Under the pieces are notes generated by a model that saw only the letters and a program-made list of their open reading frames with translations, searched no databases and was not told the DNA's origin. DNA of 64,000 bases from Eledone cirrhosa. Lineage: Eukaryota. The stretch lies in contig OZ024763.1 in NCBI GenBank assembly GCA_964016885.1, positions 27,590,001 through 27,654,000 of the forward strand. Direction: 5' to 3'. Positions 43,912 to 58,394 of this stretch are shown in pieces. Position numbers and translations under genes: made by a program. Within the stretch, counting starts at the first letter, position 1; every line of letters starts with the position of its first letter.

Positions 43912-44784
43912 GTAGTGTCCCCTTTTCATGTGCGCCCTTGTGGCTAATAAAGAAATATATCTATGTATCTATCTATGGGCCTTCTCTCTATATCAGCCTG
44001 TAGGTTTTTTTAACGCCAAACATAATTAATATATCATCTAAGTTTTATGAAAGGTGGGTGAAAGTGGCGAGAATGGCCCGAGTGAATGGGCCGGGGCTTC
44101 TCTCTATATCAGCCTGTAGGTTGAGGAAAAAGAGGAAGAGAGGAAAGGGGTACAAACTCTTCGTACTCCTGGAGATGAGGGTTGCACATTTTTTCGGGGG
44201 TATGTGTTACCAATATGTAATGTCTCCACCTATTGGGGAAAATCGATTAACTTTTAAATTGTATTTGTGATAGTATTTTACACGTTTTTATTGTTTGTAA
44301 ACTTCCCCCTTTGTATTTGTCCCCTTCTTTTGTGCCCCTGTGGCTAATAAAGAAACATATCTATCTATATCTATTTATCTATCTGTCTATCTATCTATCT
44401 GTCTATCTGATTCGGTTTTTCAAATATCATTTTGGAAGAAGAATCAGGATGGAGAGAGAGGTGCTGTACCCCAGCAAATTTTATAAAAGGTGGGTGAATG
44501 TGGCAAAGATGGCCCGAGTGGTTGGGCCTTCTCTCTATATAAGCCTGTAGGTTGAGGAAAAAGAGGAAGAGAGGAAGGGAGTACTCACTCTTGGTGCTCC
44601 TGGAGATGAGGGTTGTACATTTTTCGGGGTGTGTACAACCCCTGTGTAACGCCTCCCCCCACCCCTATTGGGGATTTCAATTATTATTTGTTATTTTATT
44701 AATAGTTTTATTTTCATATACCTGTATGTAAACTCCCCATTTGTATTTGTCCCCTTCTTTTGTGCCCTTGTGGCTAATGAAGAA

Positions 44785-44785
<1 letters not shown>
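43909..44785 (+). mobile_element. Cluster of 5'-truncated Tx1 copies stacked in a (CTAT)n tract
   Basis: Fragments 43909-43955, 43976-44004, 44036-44356 and 44410-44785. The last encodes FFKYHFGRRIRMEREVL..RWVNVAKMARV.GPSLYISL, matching the ORF2 C-terminus. Each complete 3' end is followed by TATCTAT. Confidence 0.9.
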
Positions 44786-44819
<34 letters not shown>

Positions 44820-45257
44820 CATCCATCCATCTATCTATCTATCGTTGATAGTGGACGTCTTTCACATCGGCTCTTCGATTTTGGATTACTACTTTGTTAT
44901 TTGTGAGTGTGTTATTTGAATTTTGTTATTATTGTTGACTGTAATCCCTCGTCTGGGACTGTAGACGTAGGGTAAATATATTTTCGACCCTTTTGGGGTG
45001 AAAAATCTTTAATTTAAAATGTTTATTGATATCGTTAAAAATGAGGAAGCCATATTGCAAGCTAACGCCACGCCCACCAAAAAAAAAAAACGAGAAAGGG
45101 GGAACAACAATTCAAACTGCTGAACTACCCCTCCTCTGGAATGGAAAAAACACTGTTAATTTGAGTGCAAACCTATATGTATAATCTCCCCCTCTCTCTC
45201 TATATATATAAATACACACGCGTAAGCTTCCATACACAAACTCATATATATATATGC

Positions 45258-45574
45258 AAAAGTTCTATTTAAATTGTTGGGATACAACAAGTAAATATTT
45301 TTATAACTGATATAAAGCACTCGACAAGTATTTGGAGTAGATATACGATATTAACAAATGGAAACTATATTTATAAAACCATATTTATTTCATTATACAT
45401 ATTTCAAGGATACCAAGTTAAATTATGGTATGCCTTCATCAATGTTTATTTATAAAACTGGTATATATTGTATTTTGTCTGATGAAGGCATACCATAATT
45501 TAACTTGGTATCCTTGAAATATGTATAATGAAATAAATATGGTTTTATAAATATAGTTTCCATTTGTTAATATC

Positions 45575-45580
<6 letters not shown>
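45258..45580. mobile_element. Fold-back PLE remnant (101-bp arms, 38-nt spacer, ~83-nt tail); hammerhead at 45471-45535 (+)
   Basis: Arms 45341-45441 / 45480-45580. Reads tattttgt CTGATGA aggcatacca-taatttaact-tggtatcctt GAAA tatgta TA atgaaata. Confidence 0.85.
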
Positions 45581-45651
<71 letters not shown>

Positions 45652-45675
45652 GAAACGAAATATATATATATATAT

Positions 45676-45876
45676 ATACGATATTAAATAAATGGAAACT
45701 ATATTTATAAAACCATATTTATTTCATTATATATATTTCAGGGATATCATATTAACAATATGTTATGCCTTCCTCAGACAAAATACAATATAGACAGTTT
45801 TATAGATAAATAGATTTGACATACCGTTCAACATCGACTTGTATTTGAAAAAGTTGATTTGGCAGTGAAAAATTGT
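45676..45876 (-). mobile_element. PLE 3' end: possible ORF terminus plus hammerhead at 45720-45785
   Basis: Minus strand FFKYKSMLNGMS resembles the K.KP.LN end of GIY-YIG domains. It is followed by tattttgt CTGAGGA ... GAAA tatata TA atgaaata. Confidence 0.72.
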
Positions 45877-45907
45877 AAACAGAAAGAAAGAAAGAGAGAA
45901 AGAAGGA

Positions 45908-45939
<32 letters not shown>

Positions 45940-46505
45940 AAACGAAGAAAAAGAAGAAAAAGAAGAAATGCATGCAACAAAATAGAGAGATGGAAAGATA
46001 GATAACGAGAAGAACTTCATGTAAAGAAACAGAGAGAGATATATATAGAGAGAGGAAATAGATAGAGATAGATATATATAGAGAAAAGTAGGTAGTTGGA
46101 CATCCGTTGAATGAACGTATCAATGATACATTTATTTATTTATTTATTTATTTATTTAGCTCTAGTATTAATGTAAGGGAGATATATGTGGTTAGGAAAG
46201 AAACCAGCCGTTATATAAAGAGAAAAATGAAAAGTAACCAGACATAGGCGAGGCATAATTTAAAAGCCCTATGTTTTAATGTAGAAATATTAGTACGTAT
46301 AAAAACCATGCACTATAATGTAAATATCAGTATTCCTGAATGAGACACGTATCCATAATGTGTGAAAAGTAATGATCTTATGTCTAGTTTTAAAAATTCA
46401 TATGTTTATATGATAACTAATATATATATATATATTATATATATATATATAAATCAAGAAAGAAGAGTGACACGGTTTGCTATACAATAAGGGCTTTAAT
46501 CACAT

Positions 46506-46613
46506 TGCTGACAATTGTTTCTCTGAACTGGTAGGTCTAGAGATCGCTACCTGCCTGTTTCTGCGTCAATCGATCACCAATTCATAGTTATAACCAGTCA
46601 ATTCATCAGAGCA
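46506..46613 (-). ncRNA. Type I hammerhead with a greatly extended stem-loop II
   Basis: tgct CTGATGA attgactggt-(~60 nt)-accagttcaga GAAA caattg TC agca. Confidence 0.72.
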
Positions 46614-46641
46614 TGCGAGAATAACAATAATTTGTTATCCC

Positions 46642-47461
<820 letters not shown>

Positions 47462-47624
47462 ACTGGATTTTAAACTTTAGTATCAAGAGCGGACAGAAGA
47501 ACCTAGGGAGCTACATGTTAAACTAGATGGATGTAGAAAAGTGACTTTTATTTATATAAGGCAGGGAGACTTGACAGACAAGCACGCACACACTTACACA
47601 TACATACATATGTATATTTACATG

Positions 47625-47680
<56 letters not shown>

Positions 47681-47819
47681 GGTGTACGTGTGTGTATATA
47701 ATGTACGTATATATATGCATATATGCATATATGAATCAATTCCACTCTCTAACTAATTTTGCATGTGTGTGTGTGTGTGTGTGTGTGTGTTTATATATAT
47801 ACATATCTGTGTGTCTGTC

Positions 47820-47883
<64 letters not shown>

Positions 47884-48081
47884 ATATTTATATATATATA
47901 TTTGTGTTTTTGTTTGTATGTATGTATGTATGTATGTATGTATGTATGTATGTATGTATGTATGCCTATATGGTTGTATGTATGTGTGTATGGTTGTATG
48001 TTTATACGCATGTATACATGCATGGTTGTTTGTATGCATGTATATATGTATGTATGCATGCATGCATTTATGTATGTATGC

Positions 48082-48120
<39 letters not shown>

Positions 48121-48411
48121 TATATATGTATGTATATATGCATGTATGTATGTATATATATATGTATGTATATATATATATATATATGCATGTATATGTA
48201 TATATGTATATATATATATGCATGTATATATGTATGTTTACGGTATAAAGGGAAAGAAAGATGGCGACGAGAGTTATCATAAATCATGAGAACGAAACAA
48301 AAATAATGAATGTATGAAGAGATAGCAAAGGCAAAAGTGAAAGTGAAAATAGGAAGTAAAGATGGCGGGAAAAGTGGATGTGAGAGAGACAGATAGAGAC
48401 ATAGAGTAATG

Positions 48412-48511
<100 letters not shown>

Positions 48512-48617
48512 AATGTATAAATATATTTATTTACATATGTATATGTATGTATATATATATATGTATATATATAAATACACACACACATATATATATATTT
48601 GTGCGTGTGTGTGTGTG

Positions 48618-48682
<65 letters not shown>

Positions 48683-48977
48683 TATATGTATATATATAGA
48701 GAGAGAAAGAGAGTGTGCGTGTATGAGTGTGTGTAATTGTGTACGTGTGTGTATGTATGTATGTGTGTATGTGTATGTGTGTGTGTGAGTGACTATGTGT
48801 GTGGAGATTGCCGAGCTGTGGACGAGGTGTGTTAAGCTACATCTTCTTTATCGACCGAGGACCGTATGGACGTTGCGAATCTACTCTGCACATGCGATTT
48901 ACAGACTTCATGGCATAATCGTAATTCTTATAAATCGTATCTCAGTCTCCCCCCTCTCTCTTTCATTTCATCTATCC

Positions 48978-49048
<71 letters not shown>

Positions 49049-49135
49049 AAAGCCAACTATAAAATAAAGCATGTAGTGGACAAGATTTTGCAATTCCATC
49101 CCACCCGTCCCCACAATCTATCTTATTTCTTATTC

Positions 49136-49180
49136 TTTCGTCTGATGAAGGACTAGCGTCCGAAAGGTTAAGACCCTCTT
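49136..49180 (+). ncRNA. Degenerate hammerhead motif
   Basis: CTGATGA a ggac-tagc-gtcc GAAA ggtt. Stems I and III are not convincing. Confidence 0.5.
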
Positions 49181-49317
49181 CCTGCTATTTCAAGCGTTAA
49201 CCTAATATATCCCTTCCATTTACAGTACCGATTGTGTTGATATTTCTGTTTACCTTTTACACAAACCCACAGCATACACACACACTCTCACACACACACA
49301 TACACACATACACACAT

Positions 49318-49353
<36 letters not shown>

Positions 49354-49507
49354 GGGGGAGGTTATAGTTCACTTGAAACATTGTGTAATGAGGTATAAAC
49401 GTTTGAATATGTGTAATAAAGCCAAAACAATGCAGGTATGGACATAGAAAAAAGAATGTCCATACCTGCATTGTTTTGGCTTTATTACACATATTCAAAC
49501 GTTTATA
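49354..49507. repeat. Perfect fold-back (52-bp arms, 10-nt spacer, ~40-nt tail) in (TA)n
   Basis: Arms 49394-49445 / 49456-49507. No HHR is retained. Confidence 0.85.
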
Positions 49508-49653
49508 TATATATATATAATTTTGAGTATATGTTGGTTATTCACCAACACATAAGTATGCAGCTTGGAGCACTCAACGAAGTGCGCAGGCTGGTCTGTT
49601 TTCTGCGGAGTAATGAAAAAAACAAGAAGTCTAAATCAACAGGGTAAAATTAC

Positions 49654-49710
49654 CTGCTATATATATTTCAGTGATAGCCATTATTCAACAGCTATGACCT
49701 CATCAGGCAG
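49654..49710 (-). ncRNA. Type I hammerhead ribozyme
   Basis: ctgc CTGATGA ggtcatagctgtt-gaat-aatggctatcact GAAA tatata TA gcag. Confidence 0.83.
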
Positions 49711-49717
49711 CTAGAAC

Positions 49718-49778
<61 letters not shown>

Positions 49779-49798
49779 TATAAGAGAGTATTGAAGTT

Positions 49799-49874
<76 letters not shown>

Positions 49875-50290
49875 CACACACTTATATATGGTTTCATTCA
49901 GGTTTAATTAAATAAGATAAACCTTTTAAAATGTTTATAATTTTTTTAGTTTTGCTATTTTACTTATTTTAGTAGTTTTTGTTTTAAACCAATATCAATT
50001 CCACGTCTATCGATTAGCTATTGTGTTGTTGTTTGATTGGTTTTTGTATGTTTTTTATTCTGCAAACGTCTCATTATTGTTAGCGTCAATGTCATCATCA
50101 TCATCATCATCATCAGTAGCAGCAGTGACATCTTCATCATCATCATCATCATCATCACCACCATCGTCATCATCTTTATCATCATCATCATTATCATCAC
50201 CATCATCATTATCATCATCATCATCATCATCATTATGGTCATCATCATCATCATCATCATCATCATCAACACCTTCATCAACATCACGGC

Positions 50291-50328
<38 letters not shown>

Positions 50329-50506
50329 ATGACATCATCACCCCAACCATCATCATCATCATCATCATCATCACCATCACCATCACCATCCTCACCGCCC
50401 TCGCTGTCGTCTCTGGCATCGTATTGTGTAATTACTCGAAGCTAGTAACCTATTGAGATATGAATATTTGATATCGTGTGATACACGATATGAATATATA
50501 TATATA

Positions 50507-50554
<48 letters not shown>

Positions 50555-50567
50555 CAAATATATATAT

Positions 50568-50632
<65 letters not shown>

Positions 50633-50659
50633 TATACATATATATATATATACACACAC

Positions 50660-50723
<64 letters not shown>

Positions 50724-50767
50724 ATATATATATATATGTATATATAGCTGTACACACAGACACACAC

Positions 50768-50873
<106 letters not shown>

Positions 50874-50925
50874 ATATATATATATATATATCAATATATC
50901 TATATGTATATATATATATCCATAT

Positions 50926-50982
<57 letters not shown>

Positions 50983-51211
50983 TAAATATATATATGACCA
51001 GCAACACCACCAACACCACGACCACCACCACCACCACCACCAGCAACACCACCACCACCTCCACCACCACACCTCGCTAATAGATCCAGCGTCTGGTTTC
51101 TGTAAAAATTCTGTATTTCTTGTCATAAAGCCGATTGATTACCCAACGTAATTTGCAATTTTCCTATTAAAATTATATTGGTTTTGGTTTTCCTACAAAA
51201 CACAGAGGACC

Positions 51212-51242
<31 letters not shown>

Positions 51243-51684
51243 TGTATGTATGTATGTATGTATGTATGTATGTATGTATGTATGTGTGTGTATGTAGATG
51301 GTTGGATGTATGTATGTATGTATGTATGTATGTATGTATGTATGTATGTATGTATGTATGTATGTATGTATGTACGTATTTGTGTGTGTCTGTTTATATA
51401 TCTATATGTTATATATATATATATATATATATATACAGAGAGCGAGAGAGAGAGAGAGATAGAGAGATACAGTGAAATAGATAGATAGATAGAGTTGAGA
51501 GAGAAAGAGATAGATAGATAGATGGATAGATAGAGAGAGAGGAGAGTGAGAGTGAGAAATAGAGAAATATTGCTATATTTGTGGATGGTCATGTCGTATA
51601 TATTGGCAATAAAAAGAAACACACGCACCCTATGATTTCCACTTTATATTTATTATATATACATACATAATATATATATATATA

Positions 51685-51744
<60 letters not shown>

Positions 51745-52355
51745 TATATATGTTTATATATATAGATTCCTTTTTATTCATAATTATTTTGTTTGTGTTG
51801 GTGGAGTAATTATGTAATTATATTCTATATTTAAACGTGTTATTTACAGACTGAGCTATGTCGTGATATGTTGCCGTTCAACTTTAACCTGCAAAGCTCT
51901 AGTTTCAATCTCGGTCAAGGTAGGTAGACAAACTTTGCAATCTTTTCTACGTCATATATATTACATTTTCATATATATACATTTGCTATCGAATACTTGC
52001 TAACATTATATGATTACGCAAGCAGCGATACATAGGTATTCCGTCTGTTACAGAAACATATGTCAATACCTAATAAATTCCTTTTTTTTAAAAAAAGCAC
52101 TTTCATTTTATATTCATCTTTTCTACATTTTCTCCGGAATATAATTCATACTCGTTGAGCAAACCTACACGTACGCTGTTCATCTCTAACGTAACGATAT
52201 ATTATCACTACATTATTGATAACCTGAAATTTATATATATATATATATGTATATATATATACAGTATATATCGTAGCAGTCATATACCCGTGTAAATTTC
52301 AGGGACAATGCGACAATCTTCTCTACTACCAAACCTTATTATTATATGATTATAA

Positions 52356-52540
52356 GGGCGGTGGATTGGCAGTATCAGTAGAGGGTCGGACGCCATGCTT
52401 TCCAGCATAGTTACGTCCCTTTACGATCTGAGTTCAAATCCCACCGATGCTGACTTTGCCTTTCATTCTTACGGGGTCGATAAAATAAAGTACCAGTAAT
52501 GCACTGGGTAATTGTTGGCCTTGTGCCTAAAGTATAAACA
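52356..52540 (+). mobile_element. Full-length tRNA-derived SINE with an 18-bp TSD
   Basis: TSD ATTATTATATGATTATAA at 52338-52355 and 52541-52558. Confidence 0.92.
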
Positions 52541-54358
52541 ATTATTATATGATTATAAATAGAACACTTTTTTATGTTATGGATTTCATAATTTAAAAAA
52601 ATAAATATATGCTGGTGTTGTTTGGGGTAGAGTTGGTGGTAGTGGTAGTGTTGATGGTTGTGGTAGTAGTAGTGCTAGTGGTAGTGGTAGTGTTGATGGT
52701 TGTGGTAGAAGTAGTGCTGGTGTAGTGGTAGAGTGTTGATGGTTGTGGTAGTAATAGTGCTGCTGTAGTGGTAGTGGTAGTGTTGATGCTTGTGGTAGTA
52801 GTAGTGCTAGTGGTAGTGGTAGTGTTGATGGTTGTGGTAGTAGTAGTGCTGGTGGTGGTGGTAGTGATAGTGCTGATGGTAGTGGTAGTGCTGGTGGTAG
52901 TGCTGATTGTAGTGGTAATGCTGGTGGTAACACTAGTGGTTGTGCAGCTGGTAGCGGCAGTGTTGTGGTATTGGCAGTGGCAGTGCTGGTGGTAGTGGTA
53001 AGTGGTGATGGTAGGGGTAAGTAGCAGTGGTGGTGGTGATGGTGATGGCCATATTAGGAGGCAAAGTATTTCAATTGTTGTCATCCATTGCAACAATAAC
53101 AGTCAAGTTTAAAAAAAATATATATTTTCGAGATTTCCAATACTTTAAGTTAATCGTAAAATTGTATTATCTCTCCGGAACACGTGACAATTAATCATTG
53201 CAATCACGTGACTTAAGTACCGTCATCCATCTTGTTGTCAGTTATGGGCATGACCCCTCCAGGATATACCCCCCTCCGCTCATATCGATGATGATGATGA
53301 TGATGATGATAAAGATTAGGAACAGTCGGAGAATGACGTTGGTGGTGGTGGTGGTAGTTGTGATGGTGATGGTGATGGTGTTTGTGGTGGTAGTGGTTGG
53401 TGGTGGTAGTTGTGATGGTGGTGGTGGTGGTGGTGGTGATGGTAGTGGTGGTGGTGGTGGTAGTGGTGGTAGTGGTTGGTGGTAGTGGTGGTGGTGGTAG
53501 TTGTGATGGTGGTGGTGATGGTGGTGGTGGTGGTTGTGGTTGGTGGTAGTGGTGGTGGTGGCAGTTGTGATGGTGGTGGTGGTGGTGGTGATGGTAGTGG
53601 TGGTGGTGATGGTTGTGGTGGTAGTGGTTGGTGGTGGTGGTGGTAGTTGTGATGGTGGTGGTGATGGTGGTGGTGGTGGTTGTGGTGGTAGTGGTTGGTG
53701 GTGGTGGTGGTAGTTGTGATGGTGGTGGTGATGGTGGTGGTGGTGGTGGTGGTAGTGGTTGGTGGTAGTGGTGGTGGTGGCAGTTGTGATGGTGGTGGTG
53801 ATGGTGGTGGTGGTGGTGGTGGTTGTGGTTGGTGGTAGTGGTGGTGGTGGCAGTTGTGATGGTGGTGGCAGTTGTGATGGTGGTGGTGGTGGTGATGGTG
53901 GTTGTAGTGGAAGTAGTTGGTGGTAGTTGTGATGGTGGCGGTGGCGGTGGTGTTACTTGTCGTTGTTTGGTGGTAGTGGTAGTTGTCGAGTTGGTGGTGG
54001 TGGTGGTGGTGATGGTGGTTGTGGTGGTAGCATTGGTGAGAATGATGAGAATGTTGATGATGATGGTGATGGTGATGGTGATTATGGTGGTGATGGTGAT
54101 GATAGTGGTCGTAGTAGTGGTATTGGTGACAGTGGTGACTAAGATGATGATGATGATGGGTGGTGTGGGTCGTCTTAATGATGGTGCTGATATGGAAGAG
54201 GAAGGAACAGATGTCCTTAAATTTTAAAACACCGAGTGGTGGTGGTGGTTGTGTCGGTGGTGGTTTTGTCTGCGGGGGTGATGGTGGTGGTAGTGGTGGT
54301 AGTCGTGATAGATGTGGATGGTGGCTGTGGTTGTGTTGGTGATGGTGGTGGGAATGGT

Positions 54359-54505
54359 AGCCTGGCGTGGAATGCGGCCGGCACTGTGGCGACAGGAAAG
54401 CGGGTGGGGGCCGAAAGAGTCCACGGTGGAACCGCAGCGACATTGGTGTGGCTGGCAGATCCGGAGGCCGAGCCTCAGGGAAACGCCGATGTTAACAACC
54501 ACTTT
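54359..54505 (-). pseudogene. CRE-clade-like retrotransposon zinc-finger fragment
   Basis: [42 protein letters not shown] matches the LRLG..C.C..D..G.H.LSC..GR..RH pattern that precedes the RLE domain in CRE elements. Confidence 0.7.
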
Positions 54506-54919
54506 TAATTTTAAAGGTTAGGAAGTGAAGGTTATGGCCGACTTCACTACGGGGTAGATTACAAAATATATTTTAAAATAAACCAAGAACGGAATTTACC
54601 ATTACATTTTTTCCACCTTTTTTTGCGTGTTTTTGACGAAGGATAACTGTTCGAAATATTGACTTCCTTATAACGTAAAATTAATTACTTTGAATTATAT
54701 TACAGTTTTTGTGTGTTTTTTTCTTGTGTGTGTTTTGAGTTCATGATACCTATTTTGAGAGGATATTTTCACTAGAGTACATTCACTTAGGCCTCGGGAT
54801 TTCCCAATGCCCTAAATTTATATAATGACTAAAAGAAATTCAGAAATTGTGTTTTTAAGTGAGGACCACGATTGGGGGTGATATAAAATAATATTAAAAG
54901 CTTGATGCTGCTGCTGCTG

Positions 54920-54982
<63 letters not shown>

Positions 54983-55199
54983 GTGTTACTAGTACAATAA
55001 AATATCTTTGTAACATAGGCACAAGACCGAGGGTGTGGGTAACTAGATTAGAATAAGTACACTGTATCCCAGTTAATTTGTATATCTGTATTGTAGGTCA
55101 TAATGTTGACGGGATGTCCCTGTCATAAAAGAGTGATTAATAAGGTAGGAACTGGGAAAGGACTTCGGCTGTAAAATATTGCCTCAAAATGAATCCCAA

Positions 55200-55594
55200 T
55201 GCTAACTCCCTCGATATGCAAATTAGGCTGCTCAGCCGTTAATATGCATAAGGAAAGTATATACTTTCAAACGTTCAATCGACTGACAGGAAGGTGTACG
55301 ATGATGATGACAGCTAATAAGCTAGAAACTAGTTCACCGTTCCTTAGTCATTGTTGAACAAAAGGGCAACGATGGTTGCCGAACACTGTACGCCTACTAA
55401 TTCGGGCTGTTTGTTTACAAACAAACCGAGCATTATAATAAGTGTTCGGTAAACCCATACGTACATATACATATATGTGCATGTATGTATATCCATACTA
55501 GCGTACGTCTGTATACATATGTGTATGTATGTATACATACTTATATTTAAGTATCAGCCGTACTAAGAGTGAGAAATGAAATTTCATTTTTTCC

Positions 55595-55595
<1 letters not shown>
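55200..55595 (+). mobile_element. PLE pseudo-LTR of the 25500 family; hammerhead at 55298-55340 mutated (C3>A)
   Basis: acgatg aTGATGA c agct-aata-agct a GAAA ctag TT caccgt. Confidence 0.75.
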
Positions 55596-55658
<63 letters not shown>

Positions 55659-55761
55659 GGGGAGAGAGAGAGAGAGAAATCCCTGGGACGAAGCACAATA
55701 AACATTTAAAACACAGATATGATTAATTAGGTTTCATATAACAAAATAACAAAACCCATGA

Positions 55762-55808
<47 letters not shown>

Positions 55809-56080
55809 TAACGATAATAATCACCCCCCGACGAAACAATTTCGTTTTTTTTTTTCTTCAAAATGTCGAATTTCAGGCATTTAATTTATCGTGACATGAA
55901 ATTCTTTCTGCTTTAGTCGTTTATTTTTCTATTAATTCTTTTATTAAGTTGATATTTTTTTCGTTTCTAAAATATTTGAGAGAGTTACACAGTTTTGTGT
56001 AGTAGGGGGTGGAGTAGACCTCAATAAAATGTTTATGAGAACTGATTCGTGATAAGCAAGCTGTAGTGCCCTGGGAGCTA

Positions 56081-56431
56081 CAAGGATCGGCTGAAATGTT
56101 CATAGGCTGCAAAGTTCATAGGCTGACCAAGATACTCTCATGGAATGACCAAATGAGGCTTATTTTTCAACATAGTCCCTGGAAAGAAACAATGCAGTTA
56201 TTAATAAGAAGAGTTGGAATTAATGCATGCAAGATTTCACAGCCCTAGCATCACTCCTTCATAAGCTGACCAAGATATTCTCATGGAATGACCAAATGAC
56301 GTTTATTTTTGAAAATGGAAAGAAACGATGCAGTTCTTAATAAGAACAGTTGAAATATAATGCATGCAATATTTCACAGCACTAGCATCACGCCATCATA
56401 GTCAGCCTATGAAGTTTTTAACTGACCCTCA
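56081..56431. mobile_element. Mariner-like MITE with an internal ~140-bp duplication
   Basis: TA-CAAGGATCGGCTGAAATGTTCATAGGCTG ... CAGCCTATGAAGTTTTTAACTGACCCTCA-TA. Confidence 0.7.
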
Positions 56432-56597
56432 TATGTATATATATATATATACAATGAGTATATATATATTGACATCGCCTGATAAAATGCTGCCTATGTA
56501 TGTATATATATGTATATATATTTCATCTCTTTTTCTTTATACTTTCACTCGTGTAGGACACCTCGGTTATTTTTCATTTTGTAAAAAAAAACCTCAC

Positions 56598-56655
<58 letters not shown>

Positions 56656-57293
56656 ATACGTGGTTGCCTGTGTGTATGTCTGTGTGTGTGTATATGCGTC
56701 TATGTGTGAGTGTGTGCCCAAACTAAGAGAACACACAGAGAAAACAAGAACAAAAAACAAAATGGCGTAAATACAGACACATCACAAGAAGAAGAGCAAC
56801 AGGCACAACAACAACAACAACCACCACCACAACCATACCACAACCACCACCACCACCACCACCACCACCATAACAACAACAACAACAACAACAATAAGAG
56901 TGAACGAGATATATAAAGGTTGTGAGATTAATATCACTTTTAACGTGAGTAAAAAATTTAGAAAGAATCGCTATTTTTTTTCGAAGCGGCGAATAATTTG
57001 CTTGCTTATTTTCACCTAATTTTTTCGTATTCATACCTGCTTTTTGTCCAGTTCTATAGAATATATTTACTCTATTGCAAAGAATTTAAGACATTCATAA
57101 TTCATTGTCAAAGTCTTTGATGATAACTAAATAAATCGAAACGTTGAAAAGACCAAAATAATTTAAAATAAAATAATAATGTAATGTAATGTAATGTAAT
57201 ATGCCGAAACGAACGAAAACATAACACACACACACACATATATGTATATATGAACACACACACACATACACACATACATATATATATATGTTC

Positions 57294-57461
<168 letters not shown>

Positions 57462-57464
57462 ATT

Positions 57465-57485
57465 GTTATGAAGTAGAGAAATAGT

Positions 57486-57538
<53 letters not shown>

Positions 57539-57560
57539 AGTTATGAAGTAGAGAAATAGT

Positions 57561-57617
<57 letters not shown>

Positions 57618-57639
57618 AGTTATGAAGTAGAGAAATAGT

Positions 57640-57684
<45 letters not shown>

Positions 57685-57715
57685 AGTTATGAAGTAGAGA
57701 AATAGTAAATTATAT
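57465..57715. repeat. Tandem repeat x4: GTTATGAAGTAGAGAAATAGTAAAT + (TA)n
   Basis: Direct inspection. Confidence 0.85.
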
Positions 57716-57886
57716 ATACATACATCGGAGAGACACCGGACATGTAAATGGAGTGTAATCACTGGAAGAGATCTTTGCTCTAATACAATTGGAGCATTGA
57801 GATGGAAACTTAAGCCGTCTCATATCATTGACGCATTTCTGGCTTATAATATGCACATGATATACACATACACACACACACTCTCT

Positions 57887-57957
<71 letters not shown>

Positions 57958-57986
57958 TTATACACACACGTGCATATACACTTATA

Positions 57987-58027
<41 letters not shown>

Positions 58028-58170
58028 AACCGCCAGTACCGCCATCACTAGTACCACCATCACCACACCACCAACACAGACATCACCACCACTACCACTA
58101 CCACTACCACTACCACCAATAACACTACCACCACCACCACCAATACGACCACCAGCATCAGCACCACTAA

Positions 58171-58222
<52 letters not shown>

Positions 58223-58250
58223 TTGTCTATACAATACTAATTCAAACTCA

Positions 58251-58345
58251 TTGAAGAGGTCACAGCCAAAGATGGCTGTCACTGAAATATATATAGCAGT
58301 AATAAACGAAGCTAAATTTTAATCATTTGACTTTTTATTTAACTT

Positions 58346-58350
<5 letters not shown>
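58251..58350 (+). mobile_element. PLE remnant truncated at the hammerhead core (6243 family)
   Basis: tTGAAGA ggtcacagcca-aaga-tggctgtcact GAAA tatata TA gcagt, then a tail matching the reverse complement of about 6190-6235. Confidence 0.75.
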
Positions 58351-58386
<36 letters not shown>

Positions 58387-58394
<8 letters not shown>

